From assembly GCA_022709405.1 (NCBI GenBank), contig JAKLIV010000002.1, positions 5,700 to 69,699 of the forward strand: a DNA stretch of 64,000 nt. Reading direction: 5' to 3'. This stretch comes from Spirochaetota bacterium. Lineage in GTDB: Bacteria; Spirochaetota; UBA4802; UBA5550. The number at the start of each line of letters is the position of its first letter. Position 1 is the stretch's first letter. This document shows, one piece after another, positions 58,843 through 64,000 of the stretch. A program made the position numbers and the translations under genes. Under the pieces are notes generated by a model. That model had not been told where the DNA came from. It was given only the letters and a program-made list of their open reading frames with translations, and did not search any database.

Positions 58843-59184
58843 ATGGAAAAATCCATGCTTTTCATCACATGCCCCAGGTGCGGTAAAAACGAACTTTTAA
58901 TCGAGAAGAATGGCCAGCACCTCTGCTCATCCTGCCTGTTCAACTATACGGAGCTGAAAGAGGACTCCCTTAAATTAGATGAAGTGCTGGTCGAAAACAT
59001 CAATACAAAAGGACTCGGCCCGATGTTCGCATCGTGCCTGTACCAGAAACTGACCCTGGCGCATCCCCTGGAAGCCAACCGCTACATCCAGGAGCTGGCC
59101 GAAAAAAACGGCATCGACATCATCCACGGGCACCGTATTCCGGTCGACAGTATTGACGGCCTGTGCAGGATGCTCAAGCTGTAA
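58843..59184 (+). CDS. small zinc-ribbon protein (hypothetical)
   Basis: 113 aa. CPRCG...CSSC. RBS ggagacg. Confidence 0.45.
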   Translation: MEKSMLFITCPRCGKNELLIEKNGQHLCSSCLFNYTELKEDSLKLDEVLVENINTKGLGPMFASCLYQKLTLAHPLEANRYIQELAEKNGIDIIHGHRIPVDSIDGLCRMLKL

Positions 59185-59203
59185 ACGCCCGTTCGGTAAT
59201 ATC

Positions 59204-60931
59204 CTATCTTGACATCCTGAACCGCATATCCAGTTTTCTGTCGGACGCACTCACAACAGCCGCGCCCGGAGAACCCGTGGCAGTCTGATTCACGTATCTT
59301 GTCCCTGAGGAAGCAGACATCACGCATACATGGTCCGAGGCAGCGCCCGACGGTCCGGTCGTTCCCAGCCAGACCGCGAGATTGCGTTTGCCGTCATAGA
59401 AAAACGGCCTCGACAGGGGGATTTCGATCCAGTCGCCCTTCACAAGCCCTGCCGGCACCGACACGATGCCGCTGAACGCTGTGCTCCGGTCGACGAAATT
59501 GCCTGAAGCCGGTTCCTCCTGCAGAGCGTCAAGGCCGCTGTGGCCGATCAGGACCCGGTAGCCGGCGTAGCTTTGCGCGCTCGAATGCCCGTTGAACATG
59601 CGGCACGCTATCGATGTGATGGTCCCGGCCGATCCCAGCTCGCAGGCCCGATACAGGTTCAGCCTGCCTGCGGTTCCGGTGTTGAACACGTTTGCGGTCT
59701 CGCCGGACCCGGAAGTTATCACGTCCAGCGTGCCGCCGTTGAAGCGGAATTTAACGCCGTAACAGACATCAGAGAGGGCCCCATTCTCCGCCGCCGGAAC
59801 TCCCCGCAGAAAGCGATTCGTACCGCCGGTATTCTGCACATAAAAACGTCCCGATGACGCCGCGCTCACCATGATTTCAACCACGAGATTGTCAGTCCCG
59901 TTATAGGTAAAAGCGCCGTCAGGCAGCGGAAGCCAGATATACGATCCGCGCGGCAGGCCTGCGGGCACGTCGAACCGTATCCCGTCAGCAAGGGTCACGG
60001 GAGACCCGACATTGGAATTGGCGGCGAAGCTGGTTGTCAGCCCGGAAAGGTCCGTGTGTCCCATTTTTACCGTGATCGTGTAGGTTTCGGATTCGGTCCA
60101 CTCCGCGTCCGAGAGCAGCGCGATCCCGGTTATCGGCCCTGAGCCGCCGATCTCGCCCGCGAGATACAGAAGTTGCACCTTCTGGTAGGAGGTCTCGGTG
60201 CTGAACGGAGCGTAACGGTCTTCGGTTGATTCCCCGGCCACGACGATCTCATCACCGCCGGCGAATGCGAACTTTACGTGCGGGACGAAAAAAGCAGTTT
60301 CAGAACATGTATCCGGCGCGCCGCTATCATCGGAGCGCGCCCGTGACGTATATGAATCACTGCCGCGGCCGCTCCATAAATCCTGATCGTTGGAGCAGAC
60401 AGCAGTTCGCGTAATGTCCACGACCAGGTTATCCATCCCGTTGTAATCGAATCCAGCCTCCAGCGGGATCTCAAAATATTCGCCGGTATCTCCCGCCGGT
60501 ATGGTATAAGTCCCGTCATCAAGGACAGTAACGGCTGATCCCTTGTTTGCAATATTCAGGGTCATGTCGGTGCCCGCACCCCCCAGGTTTTCAACATCCG
60601 TATGCGCCAGTTTAATGGTGACATGCGGGCATGTAATGCCCGGCGACGCGGTGGCACCGCTGCGCCTGAAAAAAATCGACGCGACCGGGCCGGAGCCGCC
60701 GATATCAGCCGGCTTGTACAGCCATTGATAATGGCGGAAAGGAATGGAGCTTGAAACAAGTTCAGTAACAACAGCGGTTTCAACACTCAGGGCGACTTCC
60801 CTGGTAAACTCACCCGCGGGCAGCGGCTCCCTGCCGGGCCCGCCGCTATCACTGCTTCCGCCGTCGTCGCACGTCGCCAGGGCCAGAGCCGCAAGAATTG
60901 CCATCATCAGTGATTTTATATGTGCGCTCAT
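59204..60931 (-). CDS. lipoprotein with three internal repeats of about 170 aa, function unknown
   Basis: Lipobox LATC plus DDGGSSDSGGPG linker. Repeated ...IGGSGP(V/I)(A/T)(S/G)I...(K/I)(L/M)(A/G)HTD... blocks. Confidence 0.55.
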   Translation of the reverse strand: MSAHIKSLMMAILAALALATCDDGGSSDSGGPGREPLPAGEFTREVALSVETAVVTELVSSSIPFRHYQWLYKPADIGGSGPVASIFFRRSGATASPGITCPHVTIKLAHTDVENLGGAGTDMTLNIANKGSAVTVLDDGTYTIPAGDTGEYFEIPLEAGFDYNGMDNLVVDITRTAVCSNDQDLWSGRGSDSYTSRARSDDSGAPDTCSETAFFVPHVKFAFAGGDEIVVAGESTEDRYAPFSTETSYQKVQLLYLAGEIGGSGPITGIALLSDAEWTESETYTITVKMGHTDLSGLTTSFAANSNVGSPVTLADGIRFDVPAGLPRGSYIWLPLPDGAFTYNGTDNLVVEIMVSAASSGRFYVQNTGGTNRFLRGVPAAENGALSDVCYGVKFRFNGGTLDVITSGSGETANVFNTGTAGRLNLYRACELGSAGTITSIACRMFNGHSSAQSYAGYRVLIGHSGLDALQEEPASGNFVDRSTAFSGIVSVPAGLVKGDWIEIPLSRPFFYDGKRNLAVWLGTTGPSGAASDHVCVMSASSGTRYVNQTATGSPGAAVVSASDRKLDMRFRMSR

Positions 60932-60940
60932 AAATCCCCC

Positions 60941-63109
60941 CTACTCTATTGTCCCGATGGTTATGATCGAACGCGGATTTCCCCCTGCTTCCGCCGCGGC
61001 TCCCGGGGTCAGAAAACCGGTTGCCTGGTCGATCGTGAAAACCGAAATGTCTTCGGAATATGTATTTACCGCGTAGACGAATCGCCCGGAAACATCGACG
61101 GTGAGCGAATACGAGGCGCTGTTAGTGTCATCCGCGCTTCCCTCTTCCAGGCCGCCCGTGGCCTGGTCGATCGTGTACATGCAGACGTTGCCGGAGGAGC
61201 CGGCGGTGTAGACGAACCTCCCCGAGGGATCAACGGCGATCGAATAGGGGTTGTTCCAGGCGGCGACCTCCGCGCCCGGGCTCAGCGAACCGTTTGACTG
61301 GTTGATCGTATAAACGGAAATAACATCGGCTGAACCATCTGCTACATAGGCGAACCTACCCGACGGGTCGACCGCTACCGACCACGCGCCGTGTCCGACA
61401 TCCACAGCGGCCGCTGGCGCCAGAGAGCCGTCCACGGGATCGACTGTATACGCCGAGATATAAGTCGCGCCCCAGCTCGCCACATAGACGAACCTGCCCG
61501 AGGGATCGATTGTTATGGTCCAGGGGGTTGATCCCGTAGCGGCCGCGCCCCCCGGAGAAAGAGCTCCGGTCGACTGGTTGATTGAATACACTCCTATGCT
61601 GCTGGAGTGAAAGTTGGCGACGTAAGCGAACCTGCCTGAGGGCTCCACGACTGAGGAAACGGCCCCATCCTCAGCATCAGCTGAAACCTGGGTTCCTGAA
61701 ATCAATTCTCCAGATGACTGGTCGATTCTGTAGATGTATACCGGGTCTACGGAGGTAAGGCCATCGGAAGGCACATAGGCGAACCTGCCCCGGGTATCCG
61801 CCGCGACAGCACAGGGGAACCCGGTCGTATCGGGGATGGATACCGATGAGGCAAGAGAAAGCGCCCCGTTATTAGGGTTGATCGAATACATGGACACAGT
61901 GTCCGTCGTTTCATTGGCGACATACGCGAATTTCGGAACATGCTTTATCGGGGAAGTTCCGCTCGATACGGCGAGCATGAAAGGAATATTGCGCGCCGAA
62001 CATGTCCCTGCCGGAGCCAGGGCTCCCGAATCCCGGTCGATTTCATAGGCGGATACGGTGTTGGAACCCTGGCAGGGTGCGTACACGAATTTCCCTGACG
62101 GATCGACCGTGGCCGAAAGCGGCAATGATCCGGTTGCGGCATCAGCGCCCGCCGGGGTCAACGATCCAGAGTCCGGGTCGATCGCATACGCGGATATGCT
62201 GGAGCTGTCACGGTTCGCCGCATACACGAATTTACCCGAAGGGTCCACGGTCACGTAAATGGTGAATGTTCCGGCATCGACCGAGGCGGGCGAAGCCGGG
62301 GTCAGGGCGCCGGTGTTCCGGTTCACGGTGAATACAGAAACGCTGCCGCTGCCGGCGTTCGCCACGTAGGCGAATTCACCTGAAGGATGGAACGCGATGC
62401 AGTGGGGCTTGTCTCCTGCGGTTGCCGATGCGGTCGCGGCTGGCGACAGGGCGCCGGTTTCACGGTCTATCCGGTATATCGAAACGGTGTCATTGCCCGA
62501 ATCCGACCCTGAACCGTAATTGGCGGCATAGGCGAACTTTCCCGACGGATGCACGGCGACCGAAACCGGCTGGTTTCCCGCGGCGATTGTCGGTGTTGCG
62601 CACGGGGTCAGAGCGCCGGTATCCAAATCTATGGTATACATCGAGATAGTGTCCGGACCGGAATCAGCGTCCACGCCCCGGTCCGCCGCATAAGCGAATC
62701 TGCCCGACGGGTCGACGGCGATACTTCGGGTGTTGATCCCTGATTCGACGCTCACCGGGGTCCCGGGAGCGAGGGCCCCGCTCGAACGGTCTATCATGTA
62801 CATCGATACGGTGTCCGGATTGGTGTTGTCGGCCCCGTAATTGGCCGTGTACAGGAACCTTCCGGACGGGTGCAGCGCGACCGCGCATGCGCCCGTGTCC
62901 ATGAGCACATACCCGTTGTGCCGGAGCTGCCCGGTTTCGGCGTTTACCGTGTACATGGATATCGTGCTGTCGGAATAATTCACCGCGTATGCAAAGCGCG
63001 GAAAATTCTGCGGGGAGTCCTCGCTGCCGCCGCCGCTGTCGCACGCGGTGACGAGAAGCGCCGAGACGAGCGCATTGATGATGACAAGTGATTTCACATG
63101 CTTATTCAT
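60941..63109 (-). CDS. lipoprotein with about 14 blade repeats of the 7-bladed beta-propeller lactonase family (double propeller)
   Basis: Lipobox VTAC plus DSGGGSEDS. Repeats of SGRFAYVAN..S.SISVY.ID..TGAL.P at about 48-aa periodicity. Confidence 0.65.
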   Translation of the reverse strand: MNKHVKSLVIINALVSALLVTACDSGGGSEDSPQNFPRFAYAVNYSDSTISMYTVNAETGQLRHNGYVLMDTGACAVALHPSGRFLYTANYGADNTNPDTVSMYMIDRSSGALAPGTPVSVESGINTRSIAVDPSGRFAYAADRGVDADSGPDTISMYTIDLDTGALTPCATPTIAAGNQPVSVAVHPSGKFAYAANYGSGSDSGNDTVSIYRIDRETGALSPAATASATAGDKPHCIAFHPSGEFAYVANAGSGSVSVFTVNRNTGALTPASPASVDAGTFTIYVTVDPSGKFVYAANRDSSSISAYAIDPDSGSLTPAGADAATGSLPLSATVDPSGKFVYAPCQGSNTVSAYEIDRDSGALAPAGTCSARNIPFMLAVSSGTSPIKHVPKFAYVANETTDTVSMYSINPNNGALSLASSVSIPDTTGFPCAVAADTRGRFAYVPSDGLTSVDPVYIYRIDQSSGELISGTQVSADAEDGAVSSVVEPSGRFAYVANFHSSSIGVYSINQSTGALSPGGAAATGSTPWTITIDPSGRFVYVASWGATYISAYTVDPVDGSLAPAAAVDVGHGAWSVAVDPSGRFAYVADGSADVISVYTINQSNGSLSPGAEVAAWNNPYSIAVDPSGRFVYTAGSSGNVCMYTIDQATGGLEEGSADDTNSASYSLTVDVSGRFVYAVNTYSEDISVFTIDQATGFLTPGAAAEAGGNPRSIITIGTIE

Positions 63110-63149
63110 ATGGCCTCGTTGTTTGTATTATTTTTCACGCATTGATTCT

Positions 63150-64000
63150 CTATTTTATGGTCCATGATATCGTCAGTTTCTTGGCATTCGTGGTTGCGGT
63201 ATCCACGGTGGACGAGGCGGCCAGGGCGCCCGTATCCGCATTGATCGCATATGTCCTTATGACGCTTGAATCGCGGTTCGCCATGTACAGGAACCTTCCC
63301 GAAGGATCGATGACCGTGTACTCGGGCACCGATGGCGTGGTCAGCACAGGCCCCGCCGCAAGGGTGCCCGTGTCCTGGTCGATCGCGTACACCGGGAGGC
63401 TGCTGGATTCATACATCACATAGGCGAATCCGCCTGATGGATGAACGATCACCGAGCGCGCCGTACCGCCAAGGACGACCGAATCATCAGCAGTCAATTC
63501 GCCCGTGGCCTGATCGATGGTGAATACCGACACGTCAAGACCGGCCGAATTTGCGGAATAGGCGAACCTGCCCGACGGATCAACGGCGATCGAGACCGGA
63601 TCGCCCCCTGTCGCCGTGGCCGCGGTCTGCGCGGTCAGTTCGCCCCAGGAACCGGGATCGATCGCGTACACGTGGATGTTCGTGGAGACCATCTGGGTCA
63701 CATAGGCGAACCTTCCCGAGGGGTCGATCTCGCAGTCGGTCAGGTAATCGGATCCGGTAATCGTGTATTCCCGCCACCCGGTCAAATATCCGGAGACACT
63801 GTTTATCCCCACTCGTGATATCCCGACTTCGTGCGTCATGCAGGCGATCATTCCCGAGGGATCGATGGCGAACGCCTGCGGGTCATACGAGGTGGCGATA
63901 TCATATCGTTCGGTCAGCGATCCATCCGCCCCGTCTATTTCGTACACGTGGACAGCAGGCGAACCCTCTTCTGGAACGTACGCGAACCTCCCTGACGGGT
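63150..64000 (-). CDS. second beta-propeller lactonase-family repeat protein; 5' end lies beyond the window
   Basis: The same SGRFAYV...Y.ID repeats. The reading frame is open from 63947 to the window edge. The ORF track's M at 63947 is an internal GTG. Confidence 0.6.
   Translation of the reverse strand, partial: PSGRFAYVPEEGSPAVHVYEIDGADGSLTERYDIATSYDPQAFAIDPSGMIACMTHEVGISRVGINSVSGYLTGWREYTITGSDYLTDCEIDPSGRFAYVTQMVSTNIHVYAIDPGSWGELTAQTAATATGGDPVSIAVDPSGRFAYSANSAGLDVSVFTIDQATGELTADDSVVLGGTARSVIVHPSGGFAYVMYESSSLPVYAIDQDTGTLAAGPVLTTPSVPEYTVIDPSGRFLYMANRDSSVIRTYAINADTGALAASSTVDTATTNAKKLTISWTIK

Noticed and set aside
1-64000. tRNA genes, transposases, integrases, toxin-antitoxin pairs, restriction-modification or other defence genes
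   Set aside because: I scanned intergenic regions by eye for T-loop motifs (GGTTCGAATCC-like) and the ORF list for nuclease, ATPase, integrase or transposase signatures. None was found. An exhaustive tRNAscan or defence-finder run could still reveal something I missed.

Overview
This 64 kb window comes from a roughly 55-58% GC bacterial genome that I could not place confidently in a phylum. It is densely coding on both strands, and I found no transposase, integrase, cas genes or CRISPR array. Recognisable housekeeping genes are etfAB, proS, tcdA, ktrAB, sppA, thiGH and an RNase P RNA (rnpB). The RNase P RNA lies on the minus strand at about 28635-29038, and the ORF track miscalls it as three small ORFs. 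Accessory content falls into seven blocks.

- **Membrane-bound [NiFe] hydrogenase operon (32611-43172, minus strand).** Nine to ten genes encode a group-4 hydrogenase of formate-hydrogenlyase type. It starts with an FdhF-like molybdopterin subunit that appears to lack the canonical Sec/Cys Mo ligand. Next come an AsrA/HydB-like and an AsrB/HydG-like NAD(P)H/FAD/Fe-S pair in place of HycB, then an embedded HycI maturation protease. A CheY-like receiver is the last cistron. I consider this the most likely candidate for an undescribed system.
- **Noncoding region (43.2-45.3 kb), immediately upstream of the hydrogenase operon.** About 2 kb with almost no coding sequence, full of hairpins, a repeated TGCTCAGAGCA palindrome and a dispersed 25-35 bp hairpin repeat.
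- **Tandem-duplicated beta-helix lipoproteins (1816-5897).** The intergenic spacer preserves the duplication junction as fossil fragments of the etfA 3' end and of the upstream outer-membrane-protein gene.
- **Tail-anchored coiled-coil protein (19190-19789)** whose gene contains four perfect 21-bp tandem repeats.
- **Adenylate cyclase cluster (19965-26625)** in which the cyclase gene is followed by two FN3-repeat envelope proteins.
- **Signal-transduction island (47989-58592)** with five histidine kinases and seven receiver domains, including a single polypeptide that fuses a complete NarX/NarL-type two-component pair.
- **Three co-directional beta-propeller-repeat lipoproteins (59204-64000)** with Cys-Asp lipoboxes.

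I also identified a perfect sigma70 consensus promoter (TTGACA-17-TATAAT) upstream of a bactofilin gene and three clear rho-independent terminators. All functional calls rest on reading motifs and architecture by eye. No database searches were possible.
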